From the NCBI GenBank assembly GCA_900088475.1, contig FLMG01000406.1, positions 1 to 47,532 of the forward strand: a DNA stretch of 47,532 nt, read 5' to 3'. The number at the start of each line of letters is the position of its first letter. Position 1 is the stretch's first letter. The translations under genes and the position numbers were made by a program. Source of the DNA: Hyphochytrium catenoides. Taxonomy: Eukaryota; Protista; Hyphochytriomycota. The notes below the pieces were generated by a model. The model ran no database searches and was not told the DNA's origin. It saw only the letters and a program-made list of their open reading frames with translations. Below are positions 34,480 through 45,600 of this stretch, in pieces.

Positions 34480-35714
34480 ATGAGCGAGGAGGTCCAACAA
34501 AAATTAGGTCGTTTCTGGACCGTCAGGCCAGCACCTGGCTATCTGCCGGATATCCTTCAGTCTAACGACACCATCGCCAGCGCTATCGTGCCACCTTGGA
34601 TCAAACCTTGCTATCGCAGAATGCAAAGATCTCCTGCTTTCCATCTGTCCGTTGTTGTCACACTGGTTGCAGGTGTTGGCGCCTTCATTTACACCTCCTT
34701 CGGGAGCGATAAGGGCCCCCGAACCGAGTTACAGGAGCTTCAAGTTTCCGTCTCCGCTTACGTCTGCGCCATTTGCCTGGGCTATCACATCTGCACGATG
34801 ATGCCGGAGACTCATCTGAAGCTTATCAAAAGACTCTTCAGGCAGTTTGAGGGCTACTTCCTGATTGTCCAATTCCTACCGCCAACAGTGCTCTTCGCAT
34901 ACCTCAATGTCGGGCGAGGGCAACTTGTGCGTGCAGTGGCTTTCGTCGTGGCCCTGTCTGAGGCGGGCTTTTACCCTGTGCTGCTTGATGCGATGCCTCA
35001 GACCGCCTCCTACAATGGGCTGCTTCTTCTGCCTCTGTTACTTGGGACGTTTATTACACCGTTCATACTACTTTGGTAAGTTTCCGGTGAAAATGGATAG
35101 AAGAAGTGCCCTTTGATATCTCTAACATCGGGGAAAGTAGCTCCTCTCTTTAACTGTCACCGTCTTTGTTGTCTAGTTAGCTTTGCCGCCTTTCTCTGTC
35201 CTCCTCTAGTATCTTATGATCCTACCATATTTGGTGACTGACGGAAGTTCTCTTCATGGGCGCGCCGGCCAACGGCGACTTGCTCGCGTTTCTTGTTTCT
35301 ATGTTCTATAGGATTGCGGGCATGTTGTACCTGGACTCGTATGAGGGTATGGAGGCAACAGAGATAACAATTTTCAAGATTCCCATCCGTCCCTGGCTCA
35401 TTGCTGCAGATTCCTTAGGGCTCATGGCTTTGATGCTCCTCCAACTGCTACGGCGGTACACGACCATGGTCTGGAAGCGGAAGGAGCGAGGAGGACTACT
35501 CCGCTTTACCACTATCCGATGGCCGATGCTAATTGAAGACGAGAGAGAGAAGAAGGTGCATTCCCAAACTCTCCCTGTACGAGCGGCAGGCATGGCCGGC
35601 CGAATGACGAATAAGGCACAGGACGATAAAGGTGAAGATACGAGTCAACCTTTGGGGGCAAAGATCCGTGTGACATCGTCACCACTGAATAAGACATCAT
35701 CGCCGCCACGGTAA
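34480..35714 (+). CDS. Uncharacterised multi-pass membrane protein, 2 exons (34480-35075, 35312-35714), about 332 aa
   Basis: Phase-2 GT-AG intron 35076-35311 joins two hydrophobic ORFs in frame. About 6 hydrophobic segments. Motifs KLIKRLFRQFE, LLDAMP and AADSLG. Confidence 0.75.
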
Positions 35715-35991
35715 GAAGGAGCCACATAGATTACTCGGCACCCATATAAGCAAATTTGAGGAGGCATTAGGAAAGGGCCGTTGACTAGACGACAGAGTGC
35801 ATAGGGTCTTGCAATCTTAGAAATAGGTCACACCGAGGAGAGAAGCGAGAGAAAGACGTATTGTAGATGGAGGCGCCCCCTTTCCCTAGCGCCCTAAAGT
35901 CATAGTTCTGGATGATGGACTCCCCTCTGACTTTACGCCCTCCTTCACCCTCCTATCCCACAGGAGGAAGAGGATACCCGGAGCCCGGAGA

Positions 35992-37209
35992 GTGTACAGA
36001 GTTCACCCTATACAGCAACCTTATTGCCTGGACAACTTTGAAGATGTGCTATTCATCGTTGCAGGCGCTGCAAAACGAGTATTGAAGGCCTTACAACAGC
36101 AACTCCTAAAGCGCAAACTAAGGCGTAGAACTGCCGACCAGGTCCAAGTCATTGAGATAGCAGCAGGATCCACCAGCCACACGCCACCACTAGAAAGAAG
36201 CAAGACTCGGTCCGTCTCTGATGACCAGAGAGAAGTTAGCTGGGACCCTACAGCAGAGAAGAGAGTTCTCGTACAACATCCTAGCTCTTCGCTTCTCGTA
36301 GGTCGTGAGCCTTTTCTGGCCACGCTTTCTCTTGTCAGCATTGCAATGGCAGGACTGCTGCTGGGCCTATTGGGCGCGAGCCCATGGCTAGCTCCTTGGA
36401 GTCTCCTCTGCGCCGTCGCTAATCTTCTTCTGATCTGTAGAGCCCAACCGCGCCTTCTAAAGATGCTGTTGACTTCCTTCGACTTTGCAGTTATGCTGTT
36501 CTCACTCATGGAGTTCTTCATCTTCTCCTGCGTACTCTTTGATTGGGACTCAAGGTAGGGTTGATTCGGTGTCACATGGAACGTACGCTTGCTGATGCTG
36601 ACATCAACTGGGGTCTCTTCTTTCTTTCTCTCTTCTTCTCTCTCCGCACATCGCACAAGTAGAGCGTTCTTGGTACTAGCGGTGGCGCTGACGATCATAT
36701 CCTCGCTGGTCGTGCAGGACACAGTTATTATGGCAGTCGACAGACGTAGGCGTTGGCTGGTGCGGCATCTCGCAGTCCTTCTTGTGCTGGAGCTCATCAC
36801 CGGAATCTACCTTGTTTTCCTAACCCCTCGGTCGCCAACACAAGCATCATCAAGCAAGAGCCTCCTCGTCTTCTTCGAAGAGACTCTTATTTCTAAGCTC
36901 GCCCGCTCGCCTCTAAGTTTGGCGCTGGATTCTCTGGGGACGGTCATGGTGTACACTGGCAGAAGTCTTCTGAGCTTGATACGCTCGCCTCATCTGCTGG
37001 TCTCAGTACTCTCTGAAATCGCTTATGAGATTGATTACGTCGTCCCTCCAGCGGCGGCGGTTGACGGCCCACCCGCAGCAGCATCCAAAGCCATAACAGA
37101 AGCGCCATCGGAGCAGGAGAAAGTGATCATGAAGGGCATAACGCCAATCGCCTCTATGACATCGGTTTTCAACAGCAAGACAGCCGAGAAAGAGAGCACT
37201 GATAGGTAG
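35992..37209 (+). CDS. Uncharacterised multi-pass membrane protein, probable distant paralog of the upstream gene; start unresolved
   Basis: Phase-2 intron 36555-36662 gives WDSR|AFLV in frame. About 6 hydrophobic segments. Motifs RLLKMLLTSFD, VVQD and ALDSLG. Confidence 0.7.
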
Positions 37210-37849
37210 CGAGCAGACATACACATCATATGAGTATATGATGACCGATAGGACTAGAGGGGCGAGGGTGCAATGGTTTGTCAGGCGTCACTGATGAAGA
37301 AGTGCGCCGTGTTGCCCTACAAAAATGGATTCGTAGCAATAGGTGATATCATCATCATCATTAGTGGAGACCGACCTGCCGCTATATATAACAACGGATC
37401 AGCCCGACGGTTGATGATGGAGCTATAATAAGCGACGGGACGCGGACATGACAACCGACAGCAGCCGGAACGCTCACACTGTGTACCGTGTAGAACTCAT
37501 CTCTCATAGGCTAACCGCCAAAGGTTGGAATCAAGGTTCCTCAACGAGGTGGTGGGTCAGCGAAGAGCACCTAGTCTTTCGCTCCTTAGGTTATCAATTC
37601 AACTTTGCGTACGTTTTCATTAGCAAAATACGGAAGAGCAGTTCGGCATCACGGCCGAGCCATAAGTTAGTCTGGACTGATGGAGCTCAGCAACCCTTAA
37701 GGAGGTGCCTGCCGGCCCATCATCAGGCTTGCCAAGGAAGGATCATTCCTACTAATGGCTACAAGCGGTTTGTTACCCATGCACTGTCGAAGCGCTGTCT
37801 GTCGCCCTCACTCGTTCTACTGTCACTCTCTTTCTTTATAAACTATCTC

Positions 37850-37952
37850 TTTCTCTCTCTCTCTCCTAGAGCTCTCTCTCTCTCTCCTAGAGCATTCTCT
37901 CTCTCTCCTAGAGCATTCTCTCTCTCTCCTAGAGCTCTCTCTCTCTCTCTCT
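37850..37952. repeat. Four-copy ~21-nt minisatellite (CT run + CCTAGAGC) within a CT microsatellite
   Basis: CTCTCCTAGAGC occurs four times at 21-nt spacing. Confidence 0.93.
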
Positions 37953-39236
37953 GATGAGGTGGAGGTGAGTTGGGGCATGATGACACTGCAAGTTGACCAC
38001 CTTCTTAGTATCATGACCTGGGTGGGCCCAAAAGAAGGGCAAACCGAAGAGTTTAGCCGGTTGGGAGGACGCGGAACAGGGAAAGAGGGAGTCGAGGAAG
38101 ACCTTTGTCGCGGGCTAAAAGACTGCTGGTAAGACCACCTTTCCAAGAAGGATTTCAAGTGCGAGGACCAAGGGAGAGAAGGCTGGCACCCAGTGAAGAC
38201 GGGCAAAAGCTGCTTACCATTCAGATCTCATCAGAAGGAGGAAGGGAAGCCAGAGATAGACCGGGGTGTCACGTTTACCTGATACGTAGTGAAGAGAAAA
38301 GAAGCAGAGAAGCATAAGGGCGCAGAATACATCCTTATTCTCTTATAGTGGGCATTCTGTGGCGGCTGATGACGTCAAAAAGAACAGAACAAAGTCCCTA
38401 TGCGCGAGCACCGTCGTACCGCGGGGCTGTGACGGCTGGTCAGGTCAGGAAACCTGTGCTCACTTCTGCTCACTGATTAAGCTTTCAGCAGAAGTACCAG
38501 CGAGACCAAGTGCAAGCCGCAATGTTGGCAGGAGAGCGTCAAGCCCTTCTTCACATCCCGTGGCGACTGCTGCTCTCTCCTTAGCATTATCGACACTCGA
38601 CACCCTTCGCGTTCCTTAGACACCCTTGCCTCTAGTCTGCACAGCTGTAGGATCGCGGGCTGGATGCTTGTCATGTGCATGAGTCTCACAGTGATTGCCA
38701 GGTTTGGCCTAAAAAGAAGCTCACAGGCCGCCAAGATGTGTGGGTGATAGACTCGAAAACAAAGCTTGTTCCTAGAATCCCATACATTTTGTGTAGGAAA
38801 GGATGTCAGACTGGTCTTCCCATTGTACATAACCCTCACAACCCCTAAGAAATAAGATGACACTTCTACAAATAATAGCGAGAGCAGCGAAGACAGGATG
38901 TCAGATGTCAGACCGAAGAGTCCAGCGCGGGTCTCTACATATCATCAGAGTCAATGAAACTTTCTGGCTCTCTCCCACCAGCTACTCGCTCCTTCTGACA
39001 TGGTTATTAAAGGGGCTGTGGAGCTGGTGGAGCCCTCTATCGAAGCAAAGCAGCAGCAGCAGTAGCTTCTCTTGGCACTCCTCTTACCTTCAAAGAGTAA
39101 GGAAGGTGTCACGTCTCTCAACGAAGAGCAGCAAAGCCATCCTAGGTTGCTGCACCGCGTTCGGTACGGTAGAAGCAGGTATAGCGGTGATCTCCTTCAA
39201 CAATCCTGAGGTTGGTCTTTGCATGGGAGATAAAGA

Positions 39237-40388
39237 ATGGGCGACGAGGCAGCAGATGAGTGTCACACCAGCAAGCCAGAGGAAGAGCGCGAGGAGGGAG
39301 CGAAGGATAGACTACGAGCCCAAATAGTGGCAGAGAAAGCAGCGGCTGATGTTCAACCTTCGGCAATCTCCTCCCAACCTAAGCCTCCACCAGCCCTCAC
39401 AATATCAGACTCAACCACCCTGCCCGTAGCTCTTTGTGAGGATCTGGTGAAGTCCCAGCCAAGCAAGAGCATCTACATCATACGGCACGGTGAGTCTACC
39501 TACAATGAGTGGCGGCAGCGCAGCTTGAGGAACTTTGAATGGATGTTTGTCCGCGACCCTGGGATTGTTGACGCTCCCCTGAGCCGCAAGGGCGAAGAGC
39601 AGGTGCGCTTTGCTTTCACCGCCCTGCCACCAATGTCCGCGTTCCAGCTCTAAAAGATGACTGCCTTCCAGGCTAAAGCGCTGCGCGAATATGTGAAGAA
39701 AGAAGGACTCTTTGACAGAGCTGACCTGGTGAGATTAGTCTTCTTCGCTCTGTCTCTTTATGTCTCTCTTTGTGAACATACTAATTAGGGTACCACTGCT
39801 TTTCAATTTGAAAGGTGGTGACTAGTCCGTTGACAAGAGCCATTCAGACATGCTTAGGAGCTTTCGAAGGCTGCAGAGCTCCGGTCATCGGTAAGTGCAA
39901 GGCCATGCCGGTGTCAAGGCTCTTAGGGTGACACAGCTGCTGTATCCTTTTGCCTTTCCCTTAGTATTAGATCTACATCGGGAGCAGCTTGACACAGCTT
40001 GTGACCTGGGAGCTCCAAAGTCAGGTGAGACGCTTCTTCAGCTTGCTAGTGCCAACGACTACTGCTTTGACCAATTGCTTGAATCTCCCTGGCATCAGAA
40101 TTGGAACAGCGCTATCGAGATAAAGGCATATCCTTTGACTACATTCAGAGAGAAGACTGGTGGCGTCATGACTGCTATCTGCCCTCCGTCAGCAGCACAA
40201 CGGTTGTGTCTGAGCCTACAGCCAGTCTGAGGCAGCGAATTGCTCTGTTCGGGCAGTGGCTGGCCGCCCGCACGGAGGAATGTATTGTGATTATAGGCCA
40301 TAGCAATTTCTTCAAGGAGATGACAGGGGATATGAGAAAGCTGAAAAACTGCCAAGTAAAGCGCATCAAACTAAAGCTTCAGTCGTGA
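39237..40388 (+). CDS. Phosphoglycerate mutase-like histidine phosphatase (branch 1); 5 exons
   Basis: IYIIRHGES (RHG motif), DAPLSRKGEEQ, VVTSPLTRAIQT, HREQ..TACDLG, IVIIGHSNFF. Confidence 0.92.
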
Positions 40389-40543
40389 GACGCACAGAAG
40401 ACTTGATCAAGACACAGCCAGATAAGGGCCGTGGAATGTGCCAGCTATATAATCTCAACTCAGTCCCGAGGGCTACCGAGCTGACAGAGATGGGGGTAGC
40501 GTGGTGTCCAAGCTGGCCGGTGGAACTCCCTCTTGAGCTGGGC

Positions 40544-41538
40544 CTATGGCTTTGGCGCCGATTTTGAGTGCGTCAGGTACAAATAGGCGCAGACAATCAA
40601 GACTAACGGGATGAGGCTCGTCAAGAATTGCGCCAGCGCTGGGCTAGCCTTCCGCTAAGGATAGAGGAAGGAGAAGGGCCATTACGCGTCAGAGAAATGC
40701 TGGAGCAAGGAGGCTCCACAACCAAGGGATCAGCCCTTGTCGGAAGCCATGCAAAAGTCTCTCTTACCTCCTTGATATCCAGCAGCTCTATCTCAAATAT
40801 CAGCGTGGAGTCAGCAGGGATGGGACCCACAGCTCTGGTCCCAAGTAGTTGTTCGGGAGCAAATTGTCAGCCGTTGCCTACGATATAGCTCTAATGTTCT
40901 TCCATTCTTACCTGCTGCCATCTGTTAACAAATGGAGATGTCATAAATGGTGCCACAGGACTGTTGGTGCAAGGCCGGGATTAACATACTGGTTGATCAC
41001 TACTTACATGCTAGATGAGGTGCAATAGTAAGCACGCACTTTTCTCCTTTTCTCATAGACTTTACACCAAGCTCCCATCCTTGGATGACTAGTGCCAGGC
41101 CACGCCACCTACTGTTAGTGCAGAGGAACATCTAAAGATAGTGCTTCTGCTTGAAACGAATATACCTGAGCCTGCGCCCAAGGTGAAGTCAAACGGTGTG
41201 TTTCTTTGGACACTAGAGTCAAACACTTTTCCGTCTTGCAGCTTGCCAGTATAATGCACTGCATTGGGGTGGAACTCAATCATGACAAAGGATTAACCCC
41301 CAAAGGTCAATCGTCAAAGCTCACCGTAGACCTGAGCTGTTCCATCGAAGGCTGGTGATGGTCCATCGCCTTCTCTGATCACTTCTTTGACCAAGTGGTT
41401 TCGACCATCTGAAAACTCAGTGAGACCTTCCATTTGCAACGGCGCCTACTATGGCGGATGCTATTGCTTGGAATGGAACTTACTTGTCAGATCCTCCTCG
41501 CGAATAACGTTATAGGGCTTCTTCCGTTGAGTCGCCAT
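40544..41538 (-). CDS. FKBP-type peptidyl-prolyl isomerase, single domain plus C-terminal TM anchor; 7 exons, 166 aa
   Basis: Exons 41538-41484, 41408-41325, 41258-41166, 41088-41008, 40921-40912, 40834-40768 and 40654-40544 sum to 501 nt. Motifs [54 protein letters not shown]. Confidence 0.93.
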
Positions 41539-42638
41539 CTCGCTTCAAGGCTACCGCAATCTTTTATTGACTGCGAGCAACTTCTCGTTATTCCTTTGCT
41601 TCGGTGATGTAAAGTAGGAACAGCAAGATGCTTTCAATAATCGGGACCGTGATAAAAAGCGAAGCGTTGGCTAGCCAAGCAGCTGGCAGTGTAGTTGTAC
41701 TGAAGGATAGAGGCGACTGCAGTACCGTCTCCACGTGCGCTATAGAGCTTCTATGACCTGTGTGAGGCACCACTTGCAGCTGCGTGAGAGCGATGTCTCA
41801 TCGTGGCGACCCAGCCACGCACGACACGTAGATCTTCAGAAGCTTTCGCAGGTGTCTTCAGAGCTCTGGTAGAACCAGAAGAAAAGATCGCCAGAAGGCA
41901 AAGATCCAAAAAGCTTCACCCATTTCCTTCAACTAGCCGTTAGCGCCTGCCATCCGTCCCCTTCTTTTGATAACTACCATAAATAGTCACTAGGTAATCA
42001 CGTATCAAAGTCCATTTTGATCTGATCTCTGGTGAGACAGAGCCCAAGACAGAGCCACATGAAAACCACCTATAACACTGCCCAAATATTTGGGGACCGG
42101 GCTGCCTCTTTTAGTAGCTCTTCTTGCACAAACAGCAACACAAGCGGGAGAGAGAGAGAGCAAGCGAGAGAGACAGAGAGAAAGACAGACAGAGAGAGAG
42201 AGCAAGCGAGAGAGANNNNNNNNNNNNNNNNNNNNNNNNNNNNNNNNNNNNNNNNNGTGCTACCTTTTTCTGTCTGCACTCTCCATCGCTTCATCATCAT
42301 CCTGCCCAGTTGCTGTTAGATCTTCTTCGCGGCCCGGCCCCCGCAATAGGAAACATTCTGAAGCTGCTGCTGCGAGGCTGCTGAAGACCCTGAGATAAAG
42401 GCTGAAGCTCTGCAACTGTCTCTATCACTGAGCTATCGCACAGCGCTAGGCATCATCGTCTTCCGCCTCACTCGCGCTGTAGAGACTAGCTACAACCCTA
42501 CAGTGGGACCAATGGTGGATGACTACTAAGACTCATACCTAGAGAAGCTATCAAGGAGAGGAAAGAGAAGTGTCCGCCTGGAGCGAACGTGAACTGCTAG
42601 CCAGAGGTGGCCTAGGTCACCTTCTTTCGCGCGACACA
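41539..42638. promoter_or_regulatory. Probable divergent promoter region between FKBP and the DEP/PDZ gene
   Basis: 1.1 kb between divergent starts. AGATCTTCAGAAGCTT at 41830-41845 and further AGATC words. Confidence 0.45.
42148..42256. repeat. (AG)n-rich microsatellite abutting an assembly gap (41 N, 42216-42256)
   Basis: Directly visible. Confidence 0.97.
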
Positions 42639-45600
42639 ATGGCGAGCTTCACGGACGAAGATCTTAAGGATCTAGGGCAGGTAGGACGTTCAGCTCTGGT
42701 GACTGTAGGCCGCATCTTGACCTCACCCCGAATGTCTTCATCCAGTATCTGAAGGAGAAGGACATGGTCAAGGATGAGACAGTGGGCTCCAAGGTTCATA
42801 AAAAGTGCGTTCCTTCAATGCTTGTTGTCGTTCCAGCTCCTGCCTTTGCCTTCTCATGGCGTCTTTGGCCTCTTTGTCTACGTTTCCCTTATAGCGCCTC
42901 TTCGTCCGATAGTCTTGCTTGTTGGGCTCTGATGTAGCCAACCTACTGACCCTGTTTGCCGTCATTCTCTCTCTTAGAGTGTTCAAAGGCAGCTATGCTA
43001 CCAAGATCCTTGTGGAGGATGGCTTTGCGGAGAATACTCAGCAGTCTCTGATGCTAGGAGAGGCAATGATGAAGAAGGGGATCTTCAAGGCTGTGCTGGG
43101 AGAGCAAAAGTTCCGCAATGATGACTCGCTCTATCGCTTTGCAGAGGACTTTGTCGGACTACCGCCAGAAAAGCCAAGTCTTCCAGCTCCAATCAGTACC
43201 GCTGGAGACGGAACAAGGTCACTCTCTCCACCTGCTCCTGACTCTGCTTCTCTCTAATGTTTACGTCTACAGCTTACCTAACCTTCTCCCTCTGCTTTAT
43301 GGAACTTTACCTTTCATTGGATTGGCAGTCGAGTGCAGAGCGTTGTGGTCTATCCTCCTATGCTTCATATCCCTTCCTCGTGCATAGATGCCATCCATAC
43401 CAGGGGCTGACAAGGGGAACTCTTTCCCTCCTTCGCTTGAACTTTGTCTCTTACTCGACGTACAATGCAGACCATTTCGCGTCACCTTTGAGTTCCCCTC
43501 CGGGCCGTTAAATCTTCAGCTCGCCAACCCTCCACGCGGGAAGCCAATTGAAGGCGGAATCCTGCTCCAGGGTGTGAACAATAAGATGCTGGACGGAAAG
43601 GTGGAAAAGGGTGACTATATTGTGGAGATTGCAGGAGTTCCAGTGCATGGTCTGCAGATGAAAGATGTCACCAAGAAGATTGTTTCTCTACCTCGTCCGC
43701 TCTCCATCACCTTTCAACGTAGTCTGGAACCGCCCACACCTCCACCTGCAAGCCCTATCGGATCGGATAAGTCGGAGACAGCATCTTTGTCTTCCACGTC
43801 ATCCCTGGCAACGACTTACAGCGTCGTCTTTCGTGAGGGTCTATCTATGGGCTTAAGACTAGAGCATGAGAAATTTCAAGGCTATCACATCACGGTAGTT
43901 AGAGCTGTCACAGGCCAAGCAGAGGAGAGGTAGACGGACCAACGTTCCCGACTGCGGTTGATTGGAAAGACTAACCGGCTATCCTCTCTCTTCAATGCCC
44001 CTCCTCCTTCTCTCTTACTTATCAAACGTAGTGGAAAGATTAAAGTGGGCGACGTGGTTCTGAGAGTTAATGGCGTAGACGTACTAGGCAGTCCTCACAA
44101 AGCTGTTGTGGACATCCTAAGGTTAGTGACTGAAAGTTCCAGTACTAGAGGTTACGACTCAGGAGTTGAACCTCCACTTAGACAGAAGAACTGACACTGC
44201 ACTTGACCGTCTCCATAACAGGAGCTGCGCTCCACCCAAAACGGTTGAGTTTGTGACGAGCGAGGGTCTAGAGGGCGAGCTAACCAAGATCAAGCAAGAG
44301 GAAGAGAAGGATGACAGCACAGACTTCTCCCTCTCTGGGGACGTTAGAGCCCTTAACATCAAGAAAGGAATTCTATATAAGATGGGAGCAGTCGTGAAGG
44401 CATGTCAGGGATGCCGTCACCAGATATATTTTTAATACTTTCCGTTTCTTCTATCACCGTACCCGGATAATGCGCTTGCATGGCCTCTTGTTGTCTTCGC
44501 GTCATCCCTCTCTCCCTATACTGCCGTTCCCTATCTTTCCTCTAAAGCTGACCACCGCATCCTCTGTCCATAGAGCTGGAAGAATCGGTATTTCCATTTG
44601 CGTGTGGAGTGCATTGAGTATTTCAAGGACGCCGCGTACATGGTTCCCCGAGGAAGGGTAGGCATTATCAGAGCAGTATCCAGTTCCTCCCGCAGACATC
44701 CACTTTATGCTGACTCTTGTCACTTGCTGAACGGTGTGGTCCAATGTCTTGCTTTCTGCCTCTAATTCGCTGCTTTCCTTGTTGCAGCTCAACCTGATCG
44801 GTGCGCAATGCGTAGTTCGATCTATTCCCGGCGACCCGATGATCATGGTTTCTAAGAAGCCCAAGCTCTGGGCAAAGCATCTTATTGAGCTTCGCGTGAA
44901 TGACCGCAAGCTAATTTTAGCAGCAGCTTCCAAGGAAGATAAGGATGCATGGATAGAAGCTTTGCAGCTTGCAATCGACGCAGCGAATGTGAGCCAGCCT
45001 TCTCTGGCCTCAAGGCGCAATCACGACAACTAAATTGTCTCTCTTTCTTTACCTGATGGATCCCCCTATCATCATAGGCCCTGTCCCAAGCTCAAGCACA
45101 CGATGTTGGGGAAGCCTACGACAAGGCGGTTCAGCTCGCCAATGAGAGAGCGCAAGAAGCAGGGGCAATCATGCCGGATGAGAATCAATCGTTCTGCTCG
45201 GATGACGACAAACAGAGTACCGCTGATCAATCAGAAAATGGCGGGGCAGACGTGGCTTCTGTCATCAGTTATGATGGGAAGAAGTTTCCAAGACCCAGAG
45301 TACATTGCACAGTCATTTCAGGTAAGGACAGGATGCAAGAAAGGGCCGCTCTGGGCCTTTCAACCCAAGAGCAAAAGTTGTAACAGAGAAGATACCGATG
45401 GACCCTCGTCTGGGACTAATATGCTACTAAAAGCTATGGATGACGAAGACTAGACTTTCTTCGCTGGGACCGAAAGCGCAAGGGAACGGAACCGAGAGAG
45501 AAAGATCCATCTACTATATCTCACTTCTCTGACCGCCTCGTCCTTACCCCTTGCTCACACATCCACAGCCTCCAATCTCAAAGAGACAAACGCTCTGGCG

